The notes beneath the pieces are model-generated. The model did no database searches and had not been told where the DNA came from. It saw only the letters and a program-made list of their open reading frames with translations. Both the position numbers and the translations under genes were made by a program. Of a stretch of DNA of 64,000 nt, positions 54,797-63,514 are shown piece by piece; position 1 is the first letter of the stretch; every line of letters starts with the position of its first letter. The stretch lies in contig CACJVE010000006.1 of assembly GCA_902596775.1 (NCBI GenBank), positions 5,962-69,961 of the forward strand, read 5' to 3'. This DNA is from an uncultured SAR92 cluster bacterium (GTDB lineage Bacteria; Pseudomonadota; Gammaproteobacteria; Pseudomonadales; Porticoccaceae).

Positions 54797-56206
54797 GTGG
54801 CAAATTACAATTCAGTAAGTGTTTTATGGATCGATAGTGATTTAGAGAACGCAAACACATTAATAGATAAGATTAAGACTCAAAATATTAATGTCACTCT
54901 TGTTCATCCAGAAGAATTAAGTCGAGAATTAGAGATCAATCACGACTTAGCAGTGATAAGTTTGAATAAGAATATTAGCGATCTTGCTAAATTAAAAGCA
55001 GTTCAAGCATCGCAGGGTGCTGTCACACCAATCATTGCAAGAGTGTGTCGTCAAAATTTTGAGCTCGGCATCGAAGCTATGGGTGGTGGTGCAAAAACTG
55101 TTATTCCAATACAGCTTGAAGATACAGATGAGTTAACAGGAAAAATCAAGTTATTAATTCCAAGCAATGTTGAGAGCGGCAATGCTAGTTCATATGTTTT
55201 TGCAGATCCGGCTAGTCGAAAATTGCTTGCTTTAACTGAAAGAGTCGCAGGTGCAGAGGTTGCTGTTTTATTGAATGGTTCGACAGGGACAGGAAAAGAG
55301 GTACTAGCGAAAGTAATTCATGAGGCTTCATCTCGACATTCGGGACCTTTTATCGCATTTAACTGCGCTGCTTTGCCCGAGAGCTTGGCTGAAGACATGT
55401 TATTTGGTCATGAGAAAGGATCCTTTACTGGTGCATCTTCCTCAAAGCCTGGACTTTTCGAGCAAGCTCAGAATGGAACTATATTCTTGGATGAAATTGG
55501 CGAGATGCCAATGCAATTGCAAGTCAAGTTATTGAGAATCTTACAAGAAAGAAAAGTAACTAGGTTAGGCAGCCTGAGCTCAGTTGACTTAAACATTAGA
55601 ATTGTAGCAGCGACAAACAAAGATCTGAAACAAGCGATTCTAAAGGGTATCTTCAGAGAAGATTTATATTTTCGGTTGAGTGCCTTCAAGTTAACTATAC
55701 CACCCTTGAGTGAAAGGCCTTTGGATATAATTCCACTGGCAGAGCAATTTCTTAAAAGTGAAATGGGAAATGGCAAATTATATTCCCTGTCTCAAGATGC
55801 GAAGGATCAACTAGTGTCTTATAGATGGCCGGGCAATGTCCGAGAACTCAATAATGTGATCATGCGAGCCGTCGTTCTTACAAATGATGAGACAATAGAC
55901 ACATCCCATTTGATTTTTGACGATCTATATATTGCAGATGACACGAGGAAGAGTTCACATTTGATAGACGGATTTTCTAATAACGCTCTTCAGTTCAAGC
56001 AAGCTGACGAGGGGTTGTCTTCGTCAGAGTCCTTATCCAATGTGGTGAAAAATAGTGAGTATCAAACAATTATGACCGCATTGAAAAGTACTCGGAATCG
56101 TGATCAAGCTGCGCAGATTTTAGGAATTAGCACCAGAACTTTGAGACACAAATTACAACGTTTAAGAGAAGATGGAATGGCTGTAACCCGCGCATATGCG
56201 AGATAG
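54797..56206 (+). CDS. fleQ: FleQ/FlrA-like sigma-54-dependent flagellar master regulator (degenerate receiver domain)
   Basis: 469 aa. The N-terminal REC-like domain has Ser at the phospho-acceptor position (DLAVISLN versus the typical D..V..D). The AAA+ core has GSTGTGKE and EDMLFGHEKGSFTGA. The C-terminal HTH is RDQAAQILGISTRTLRHKL. It sits directly upstream of fliE. Confidence 0.8.
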   Translation: MANYNSVSVLWIDSDLENANTLIDKIKTQNINVTLVHPEELSRELEINHDLAVISLNKNISDLAKLKAVQASQGAVTPIIARVCRQNFELGIEAMGGGAKTVIPIQLEDTDELTGKIKLLIPSNVESGNASSYVFADPASRKLLALTERVAGAEVAVLLNGSTGTGKEVLAKVIHEASSRHSGPFIAFNCAALPESLAEDMLFGHEKGSFTGASSSKPGLFEQAQNGTIFLDEIGEMPMQLQVKLLRILQERKVTRLGSLSSVDLNIRIVAATNKDLKQAILKGIFREDLYFRLSAFKLTIPPLSERPLDIIPLAEQFLKSEMGNGKLYSLSQDAKDQLVSYRWPGNVRELNNVIMRAVVLTNDETIDTSHLIFDDLYIADDTRKSSHLIDGFSNNALQFKQADEGLSSSESLSNVVKNSEYQTIMTALKSTRNRDQAAQILGISTRTLRHKLQRLREDGMAVTRAYAR

Positions 56207-56220
56207 ATTAGACGGAGATT

Positions 56221-56559
56221 ATGATGAATCCAACAAATATGGCCAATATCGAATCTGTTTTAGGGCAACTTAGGCAGTATCAAGCATTAGCTGAGAACAG
56301 TAACTCAACACCGAGTCCAATACAAAACGAAAATGGAGCAGGGTTGTTTGCTGAGTCAATAAAGAACGCAGTTCAAGAAGTAAATGAAACTCAAAAGGCA
56401 TCAAAAGCGATCAAAGCCGCCTATGAGAGTGGAGAAGATATACCTTTAACCGATGTGGTGATGAGTATACAAAAATCCTCATTAGCATTTGAGGCAACGC
56501 TTCAAGTAAGAAATAAAGTACTTAAGGCATACGAAGAAATAATGAATATGCCCGTTTAA
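56221..56559 (+). CDS. fliE: Flagellar hook-basal body protein FliE
   Basis: 112 aa with the C-terminal LAFEATLQVRNKVLKAYEEIMNMPV. Confidence 0.92.
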   Translation: MMNPTNMANIESVLGQLRQYQALAENSNSTPSPIQNENGAGLFAESIKNAVQEVNETQKASKAIKAAYESGEDIPLTDVVMSIQKSSLAFEATLQVRNKVLKAYEEIMNMPV

Positions 56560-56581
56560 CAACTATTAAGAGAGATTTAAA

Positions 56582-58363
56582 ATGGCAACAACCTTAGCGA
56601 ACCCACAAGATGTAAATAGTGGACTAACAACAGATGTGACGAACTCAAGCTCTCCAAGTAATCTGCCCAGTACAGGTCCTCAACAAGGAATGGTACAGTC
56701 ATCTGCACCAGCAAATGCTGGTCTGTCAGGTGTTCTAACGCAGGCCGCTGTTAGACAAGCGATGCCAGGGATAATAGTGTTTTTAACTATAGCAGTATTT
56801 CTCTTAGCATATTCATGGATATCAGAACCACCTTATAAGGCAGTATTTCCCGGTATGTCTGCAGCCGACCGGCAATTGGCATACACGGAGTTAACTTCCT
56901 CTGATTTTAAAGCAAAAATTGATTCTTCAACCGGTGAATTAAAAGTGCCGGCGAGTCAATATCACGAGGCAATATTGCTTTTAGCATCACAAGGACTGCC
57001 TGAAAGCACAGCTTCAGGAGGAATGAGTAGTTTAAGTGATGATTCGTCGATCACAACTAGTCAATTTATGGAGCAGGTTAGATATATTGCTGCCATGGAA
57101 AACGAACTAGCTAGGAGTATATCTCAAATTAATTCTATTAAATCAGCTCGAGTGCATTTGGCCTCACCGAAGGAAAGTGTATTTGTCAGAAATAGAACAC
57201 CTGCAAAAGCATCAGTTGTGGTAACCCCATTTCCTGGAAGAGTCGTTTCAGGATCTCAAGTGCAAGCAATTGTCCATATGGTCGCATCCAGCGTGCCTTA
57301 TTTGGCAGCAGATGGCGTCTCTGTTGTTGATCAGAGGGGTAAGTTACTAACTGACTCGTCGAAATTTGCGTCAATGCAATTGAATGGTGAACAAATGATT
57401 CATAAACAGCAGATGGAAGAAATATACCGAAATAGGATCGATAGTTTTTTGAGTCCTGTAGTGGGTATAGGCAACGTAAGATCTGAGGTAGATATGCAAA
57501 TTGACTTTACCGAAATAGAATCTACATTTGAAGATTATGATGGCAATAATGCGGGTCCTCTCGCTAGATCTGAGGTATTGAATGTTGAGCAAGAGCCTGT
57601 TGGTGGCGCTGCAAGTGGCATTCCAGGTGCTGCTTCAAATACTTCTCCTACAAATGGTTCTGCTGTGAAGGAAGCAGAAATGAACACTACTAGTAGTCAA
57701 ACTACTAGAAATTACGAAATGGACCGTGAAATACGATATGTCAGAAATAAGGGTGCAAAAGTAGAGAAGATATCGGTAGCAGTTGTGATCAATGATCTGG
57801 TTAAAGTGCCAAATACTGGGGGTCAAGCTGAGGAAGCACCAGCAGTTGCAGCTGGTTATTCTCAAGAGGACTTAGATCGATTTTCGGATTTGATTAAGGG
57901 CGTTATAGGCTTTGACGAAACTCGAGGTGACACGGTAAAAATCATAGCGATTCCTTTCGATGAGCCTGAGTTGATTGAGGAGGCATCTATTCCATGGTAC
58001 TCAAATGACCAAATCCTTAATCTTATAAAAATAATATTTGGTTCATTGGCGTTTATCGCAATTATATTTTTTGTAGTAAGACCGGCCATGAAAAGTTATT
58101 CAAACTTTAGTCTAGCAGCCAAGGCGATGGGTGGGAAGGATGGAGAGCTAACTGCAGCAGAACTTAATATGCTAAGTTCCGGAAACAGCGGCTCTATAGA
58201 CGATATAAGAGCAAAATTGAAGCCTAAAAAGTCGGGGCTGTCAGCAGATATGCTTAATACCGCAAATACATACGATGATAAGGTTGCGCTGGTTAGATTA
58301 TTGGTTGCAGAAGACGCGGGTCGTGTGGCAAATGTATTAAAGAAAATGACAAGACCAGCATAA
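56582..58363 (+). CDS. fliF: Flagellar MS-ring protein FliF
   Basis: 593 aa with two TM segments flanking a large periplasmic domain. It contains ARVHLASPKESVFVR and an N-terminal ~60-aa extension as in polar-flagellum FliF. Confidence 0.95.
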   Translation: MATTLANPQDVNSGLTTDVTNSSSPSNLPSTGPQQGMVQSSAPANAGLSGVLTQAAVRQAMPGIIVFLTIAVFLLAYSWISEPPYKAVFPGMSAADRQLAYTELTSSDFKAKIDSSTGELKVPASQYHEAILLLASQGLPESTASGGMSSLSDDSSITTSQFMEQVRYIAAMENELARSISQINSIKSARVHLASPKESVFVRNRTPAKASVVVTPFPGRVVSGSQVQAIVHMVASSVPYLAADGVSVVDQRGKLLTDSSKFASMQLNGEQMIHKQQMEEIYRNRIDSFLSPVVGIGNVRSEVDMQIDFTEIESTFEDYDGNNAGPLARSEVLNVEQEPVGGAASGIPGAASNTSPTNGSAVKEAEMNTTSSQTTRNYEMDREIRYVRNKGAKVEKISVAVVINDLVKVPNTGGQAEEAPAVAAGYSQEDLDRFSDLIKGVIGFDETRGDTVKIIAIPFDEPELIEEASIPWYSNDQILNLIKIIFGSLAFIAIIFFVVRPAMKSYSNFSLAAKAMGGKDGELTAAELNMLSSGNSGSIDDIRAKLKPKKSGLSADMLNTANTYDDKVALVRLLVAEDAGRVANVLKKMTRPA

Positions 58364-58376
58364 ATTTAAGGATATT

Positions 58377-59468
58377 GTGATGGCTAAGAACGAAGAAAAA
58401 GAACAAAAACAAAAAAAGAAAGGGAAGAACGTAGCTGAAGAAAAGCCAGTCATTAGCCCGTTGCAAGCCCAATTCAATGTGATGTCTGGAACAGAGAAAG
58501 CTGCGGTAATAATGCTACTTTTAGGCGAGCAACAAGCTGCTGATGTTATAAGATTTATGGCCCCCCGTGAGGTAAATGCCTTGGGATCTGCCATGGTAAG
58601 TGTTGCTGATTTATCGCAAGATTTGGTGAACTTGGTCTTGGATGATTTTGTGTCGACACTAAAAACCCAAACTAACCTGGGACTGGGAACACCCAACTAT
58701 GTTCAGAATGTATTTAAACGAGCTCTTGGTGACGAGAAGGCAGCAACCGTTTTAGGGAAGATCATGCCACCTGCGTCGAGCAAGGGATTAGAAATTTTAC
58801 AGTGGATGGATGCTAAATCTATAGGTGAGATGATTAATGAGGAACATCCTCAAGTAATAGCGATAATTCTGTCGGTTCTTGAGCATGATATCGCTGCGGA
58901 GGTTTTGGAATATGTTTCTGAAGCTAAAAGATCAGAAATTATTAAAAGGGTAGCGAGTCTTGATTCAGTTCAGCCCTCTGCAATGGCTGAACTAGAAGGC
59001 ATCATGGCCAAACAATTCACAAATAATACCTCAAGTAAAGCATCCAGCATTGGTGGAGTCGAAACTGCTGCAAAGATTATGAATTTTGCAAAGGTGGATG
59101 TTGAATCAGGAGTCATGTCGGGTGTTACGAAAATGGACAAAGAGTTAGCGACACAAATACAAGATCGTATGCTCACCTTTGAGAACATGGCAGATATCGA
59201 TAATCGGAGTATGCAACGGCTACTTAGAGATGTCGAAAATGATTTACTTTTGTCTGGCCTTAGAGGTGCAGATGAAGCTACTAAAGACAAATTCCTCTCT
59301 AATATGTCAGAAAGAGCTCGTGACCTACTGCTTGATGATATGGAGGCTAAAGGGCCTATTAGAGTCAGTGAAGTAGAGGCGGCTCAAAAAGCGATTATGC
59401 AAATTGCAAGAAAACTTTCTGATGATGGCGAGATAATGCTGGCGGGTGCAGGTGAGGCCTTTGTCTGA
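58377..59468 (+). CDS. fliG: Flagellar motor switch protein FliG
   Basis: 363 aa with MSGTEKAAVIMLLLGEQQAADV, and a C-terminal torque-helix region with the MFxF-equivalent (MLTFENM). It has a Lys-rich ~30-aa N-terminal extension. Confidence 0.95.
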   Translation: MMAKNEEKEQKQKKKGKNVAEEKPVISPLQAQFNVMSGTEKAAVIMLLLGEQQAADVIRFMAPREVNALGSAMVSVADLSQDLVNLVLDDFVSTLKTQTNLGLGTPNYVQNVFKRALGDEKAATVLGKIMPPASSKGLEILQWMDAKSIGEMINEEHPQVIAIILSVLEHDIAAEVLEYVSEAKRSEIIKRVASLDSVQPSAMAELEGIMAKQFTNNTSSKASSIGGVETAAKIMNFAKVDVESGVMSGVTKMDKELATQIQDRMLTFENMADIDNRSMQRLLRDVENDLLLSGLRGADEATKDKFLSNMSERARDLLLDDMEAKGPIRVSEVEAAQKAIMQIARKLSDDGEIMLAGAGEAFV

Positions 59469-60363
59469 TTCTGATAAAAGCATAAGTTGGAGGCTGAACG
59501 ATCTCTTGCGAGCCGGGGAAAAAGCAAAGTCTTTTGCGGCTATTACCTGGAGGGATAGCTCCGATGGATCTATCGCTGGTTTTAAAAGTTGGAATCCAGA
59601 CACATCTGTAATTACGGCTTCTAGTGAAGCTGACTCGGGCGGTCTATTACCTGGGAACGAAACTGGTCAGGATGGATTATCAAGTGCTCTTAGCTTCGAT
59701 GAATCTATGGAAAAAGTGAAGACAGAAGCTTACGAAAAAGGTTTTCGAGAGGGCGAAGAAAAAGAGCAAATATCCAATCAGGAGATGAAAAATTTACTAA
59801 GAAACCTCTTAGATAACATTAACAATGAGCAAAAAAGCTTAAGCAATTTCTTTGACCCTTTAAAGACGTTAGCTTTATCAATTGCAAGGCAAATAGTAAA
59901 AGGTGATTTAACTCTTTCAGAGGAGCTGATTAATCGCTTGGTTAAAAATGCTTTGGAAGAAATCGATAACGCTAATGAGCATAGCCTTGTTTTAGAAATG
60001 AATCCAAATGATATTGAACAGCTAGACAAGTCAGCATTGATTGAATCAATGCAAGCTGAATTTTCACCTAACAAAGCAATTCTCAGGGGAGACATAAAAG
60101 TGAAGATGGGTGATTCAGTTATAGAAAATTTCATCGAAAATCGTTTGGAGCTTATCGCAGAAGAATTATTTAGTGACGGAGAGTTAACCGCAGCTGAAGA
60201 AGAGAAGCCAGAAGAGCAACAACCAGACGACAGTTTAAGTAGTGAAGAAGTCAATGAGGAATCAGTTTCGGTAAGTAAGCGAGACGAAGTTAATCTATCT
60301 GATGAAAGTGATACAACTGTTTCAGAGAGTGATGAACCGGATGATGGTGATGAAACAAAATAA
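59446..60363 (+). CDS. fliH: Flagellar assembly protein FliH (start uncertain; acidic C-terminal tail)
   Basis: Its position is between fliG and fliI. It has a central EAYEKGFREGEE motif and a FliH-type C-terminal domain. Possible alternative starts are GTG at 59452 and TTG at 59461. Confidence 0.8.
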   Translation: MQVRPLSDSDKSISWRLNDLLRAGEKAKSFAAITWRDSSDGSIAGFKSWNPDTSVITASSEADSGGLLPGNETGQDGLSSALSFDESMEKVKTEAYEKGFREGEEKEQISNQEMKNLLRNLLDNINNEQKSLSNFFDPLKTLALSIARQIVKGDLTLSEELINRLVKNALEEIDNANEHSLVLEMNPNDIEQLDKSALIESMQAEFSPNKAILRGDIKVKMGDSVIENFIENRLELIAEELFSDGELTAAEEEKPEEQQPDDSLSSEEVNEESVSVSKRDEVNLSDESDTTVSESDEPDDGDETK

Positions 60364-61702
60364 TCTTAAGCATCTTTTTGAAAAAGACGTAGATCGATTT
60401 ATTAACAAAAATTTTAATCCCCCCCAATCTGTCTGTGGCAAGGTCGTGAGGGTTATTGGCTTAACTCTAGAGGCAAAAGGGATAGCTGCGCCTTTAGGAG
60501 CACATTGCAAAGTCGAGGGTACAGGAGTTAACAAGGCAATTGACGCAGAGGTTGTTGGATTTCAGGACGATATTCTTTATTTGATGCCTTTTGACGAGCC
60601 TGCGGGTATAGCGCCAGGTGCAAAGGTTTGGATCAGTTCTTTTCAGCCCGAAATACCTGTAGGACCTGATTTACTCGGGAGGGTAATTGATGGGTTAGGA
60701 AATCCGATAGATGGGAAAGGACCGATGGTCTGTGAGGAAAAATTTCATTTGGAGGGTGAGAAAATTAATCCTATGGAGCGAGGCTCCATCAGTAGTGTTT
60801 TAGATACTGGCATTAAAGCAATTAATACTTGTTTAACCTTAGGTCGTGGTCAAAGGATAGGTCTTATGGCGGGATCTGGCGTTGGTAAAAGTGTCTTGCT
60901 TGGCATGCTTACCAGAAATACAGAGGCTGATATCGTTGTTATAGGTTTAATTGGTGAAAGAGGACGTGAGGTACTTGAATTTATAGATAGAATCCTCGGA
61001 CCTGAAGGATTAAAAAAATCTGTTGTTGTCGCTGCGCCAGCTAATGTCTCGCCAGTTGTGAGATTAAAGGCGACACACTTATCTCATTTAATAGCAGAAT
61101 ATTTTAGAGATCAGGGTAAGAATGTTTTGCTTCTATGCGATAGTTTAACGAGAGTAGCACATGCACAAAGAGAGATAGGACTGGCGGTTGGAGAACCTCC
61201 CACTGCAAAAGGATATCCACCGTCGGTATTTGCTCTTATGCCCAAATTAATAGAGAGAGCGGGGGTTGGGAAACATGGTTTTGGAGCTATCACTGCGGTC
61301 TATACTGTTTTAGCAGAAGGTGATGACAAAACTGATCCGATTGTTGATATCGCCAGAGCATCCCTCGATGGACAAGTGATGTTATCGAGAGAGTTGGCTG
61401 ATGCGGCACATTATCCAGCGATTGATCTGGAGGGATCTATCTCTAGGGTGATGGAGAGTATTGTAGACCCTAAATCTATGAAGAAAGCGAATAAGTTGAG
61501 ACGACTCTGGACGCTTTTCAAACAAAATCAGGACTTAATTCAAGTAGGAGCTTATGAGCCTGGCACAAATCATGATCTTGATGAGGCAATAAGGCTTAAA
61601 AAAGAAATGGAGAATCTGCTTCAGCAAAATAGCGACGAATCTTTTTCTTTTAGCGATTGTCATGAAATGCTTGCCGAGGTTGTAGGGGATCAGAATGACT
61701 AG
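60350..61702 (+). CDS. fliI: Flagellum-specific ATPase FliI
   Basis: Walker A GSGVGKSVLLGM and Walker B LLLCDSLTR are present. The start is set at MKQNNLKHLF, and the ORF is open to 60302. It overlaps the fliH stop by 14 nt. Confidence 0.95.
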   Translation: MKQNNLKHLFEKDVDRFINKNFNPPQSVCGKVVRVIGLTLEAKGIAAPLGAHCKVEGTGVNKAIDAEVVGFQDDILYLMPFDEPAGIAPGAKVWISSFQPEIPVGPDLLGRVIDGLGNPIDGKGPMVCEEKFHLEGEKINPMERGSISSVLDTGIKAINTCLTLGRGQRIGLMAGSGVGKSVLLGMLTRNTEADIVVIGLIGERGREVLEFIDRILGPEGLKKSVVVAAPANVSPVVRLKATHLSHLIAEYFRDQGKNVLLLCDSLTRVAHAQREIGLAVGEPPTAKGYPPSVFALMPKLIERAGVGKHGFGAITAVYTVLAEGDDKTDPIVDIARASLDGQVMLSRELADAAHYPAIDLEGSISRVMESIVDPKSMKKANKLRRLWTLFKQNQDLIQVGAYEPGTNHDLDEAIRLKKEMENLLQQNSDESFSFSDCHEMLAEVVGDQND

Positions 61703-62141
61703 CCAGAGAAAACCAATTTGGAAGATTTTGTGTTCTAAGAGCGAGAGCGAAGTAACTAAGGCTAAAACTATTTTTGAAACAATAAGATTAAGAAGAGTCG
61801 AAGCCGCGTCCAGGAAGTTAAAACTCCAAAATATGGCGCATGAATATACTCAAAAATTAAATGATGTTTTAAAAAAGGCACATACAAAGCATGAAGCTTC
61901 AAATTACCGGCAATTTATGGTGCAGTTGCAAAAGTTACTTGTTTTTGCTGATTCTGATTTGAAACAAATTGAATTGGAGCTTGGTGTTGCTCGGAAAAAT
62001 CTTGTAAATGCTGAAAATGAAAATATGAAGTCACAAAAACTGCTGGCACGTCACTCATCAAAGATCAGCGCTCAAAAGGCCAAATCGGATAGCAAAGAAT
62101 CTGAATCACTCAATATTATCCAATACAACATAAATTCTTGA
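61695..62141 (+). CDS. fliJ: Flagellar export protein FliJ
   Basis: 148-aa coiled-coil protein. It overlaps the fliI stop by 8 nt and has the canonical position. Confidence 0.8.
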   Translation: MTSQRKPIWKILCSKSESEVTKAKTIFETIRLRRVEAASRKLKLQNMAHEYTQKLNDVLKKAHTKHEASNYRQFMVQLQKLLVFADSDLKQIELELGVARKNLVNAENENMKSQKLLARHSSKISAQKAKSDSKESESLNIIQYNINS

Positions 62142-62164
62142 AATAATATTGAAATTTTTATAGT

Positions 62165-62180
62165 TGGCACATCCATTGCT
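62165..62180 (+). promoter_or_regulatory. Sigma-54 (-24/-12) promoter of fliK
   Basis: TGGCAC-ATCCA-TTGCT is a perfect consensus with correct spacing. It lies 45 nt upstream of the fliK ATG. Confidence 0.75.
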
Positions 62181-62224
62181 AGTGTACTTATAGAAATTTA
62201 ATTTTTAGGAAGAGACCTTTAGCA

Positions 62225-63478
62225 ATGATGGATATAAAAATATCACCTCAAAAAATTGAAGTAGCTGAAAACGAGGGTTCTAGTGCTACTCAGGGCGTTG
62301 GCGCTGAACCCGCATCAAAAAAAACACCATTTAGCAGCATATTTAACCGAGAGATAAGCGAAATAAGAGAAAGTCAACGTGGCAACAATTCACCGGAGGC
62401 TGATTACCCAAACGAAGAAAATGTCACAAAGATAGATTCGGGACAAGTTTATGGAATAGCTAATGTAGTAGGTGAAGAGAGAGTATTAGATGGTGGCAGC
62501 AAATTAATATTACAAGGAGAGGAACCGAGTGAGGATAGCTTAATACAATTCGCTAAAACGCAAGGCATTAATATAAATTTTCTAAGTGAACCTGTTCGTG
62601 AAAATTCAAAATTTAACTTAGAAGATCAATTGCTCAAAAATAAGGTAGCTAATGAGTCTGTCATTGAAAATTCAAAAGTAAATCCAGGAGATGCATTGCT
62701 CAAAAATAAGGCAGCTACAGAGATTGGGCTAAATAAGCGTATTGATATTGCCAACTCTTTAGAATTAAAAATACAAGAAAAGAACAGAACAGAAAATGCT
62801 ATTTTCTCGGGAAATATAAATGAGAAACTGCTATTAAAGGATGTCCAAATTCCTGTAACAAAAGCAGAACTTTTAAATTTGGCACAACAATCCAAAAGAT
62901 TTACACAGATTAAATCAATTGAAGCTACGTCAAAAAAAGGAGCAACACTAACTGCAGATCCTACATTAGTTGCCACCAACAAGCTTGACGCCTCGTCTAG
63001 ATTGATTAATTTCGGAGTGCAGAGTTGGTCACTAACTGACATAGAAAAGCGTCATGAACAGTACCTCGAAATTTCAAGAAGATTGACTGAATCATTGGGA
63101 AATAGGATATCAACACAGATTAAAAGAGGAGCATGGCGTGTAGAGATGGATTTACACCCAAAGTCATTAGGTAGGATTGAAATACAATTAGAAATGAGAA
63201 ATGGTGAGTTGGAAGCGCACTTTAATACCTCACAAAGTGTTACTAGGGAGCTTCTTCAAGAGAGTTTTTCTAAATTAAAAGATGTTTTGTCACAACATGG
63301 CATAGATTCTGCTTATATAGGTTTAGGAAGCGAAAACGGACGGAATTCTGACGGGAATTCGACAGAGGGAGAGGAGAGCGACGCTGACGGGTCCTTTACT
63401 GAAGTTGAGCTTGATAGTGAAACATCAAAAGAACCTGATTTTTCAATATCGAGTGGCAGATTGGATGTAAAAGTTTGA
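62225..63478 (+). CDS. fliK: Flagellar hook-length control protein FliK
   Basis: 417 aa with a low-complexity N-terminal ruler region. The C-terminal Flg_hook-type domain reads RVEMDLHPKSLGRIEIQLEMRNGELEAHFNTSQSVTRELLQ. Confidence 0.88.
   Translation: MMDIKISPQKIEVAENEGSSATQGVGAEPASKKTPFSSIFNREISEIRESQRGNNSPEADYPNEENVTKIDSGQVYGIANVVGEERVLDGGSKLILQGEEPSEDSLIQFAKTQGININFLSEPVRENSKFNLEDQLLKNKVANESVIENSKVNPGDALLKNKAATEIGLNKRIDIANSLELKIQEKNRTENAIFSGNINEKLLLKDVQIPVTKAELLNLAQQSKRFTQIKSIEATSKKGATLTADPTLVATNKLDASSRLINFGVQSWSLTDIEKRHEQYLEISRRLTESLGNRISTQIKRGAWRVEMDLHPKSLGRIEIQLEMRNGELEAHFNTSQSVTRELLQESFSKLKDVLSQHGIDSAYIGLGSENGRNSDGNSTEGEESDADGSFTEVELDSETSKEPDFSISSGRLDVKV
62600..62716 (+). repeat. Imperfect 66-nt (22-aa) tandem duplication inside fliK
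   Basis: GAAAATTCAAAATTTAAC...TTGCTCAAAAATAAGGTAGCT is followed 66 nt later by GAAAATTCAAAAGTAAAT...TTGCTCAAAAATAAGGCAGCT. The protein repeats are ENSKFNLEDQLLKNKVA and ENSKVNPGDALLKNKAA. Confidence 0.7.
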
Positions 63479-63514
63479 GTGAAAATTATTAATGATTGTT
63501 AGGTTAGATAAAAA

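Noticed and set aside
59778-60254. 158-aa Ser/Leu-rich minus-strand ORF.
   Set aside because: It is the antisense shadow of the Glu/Asp/Lys-rich part of fliH, and its composition is a mirror artefact.
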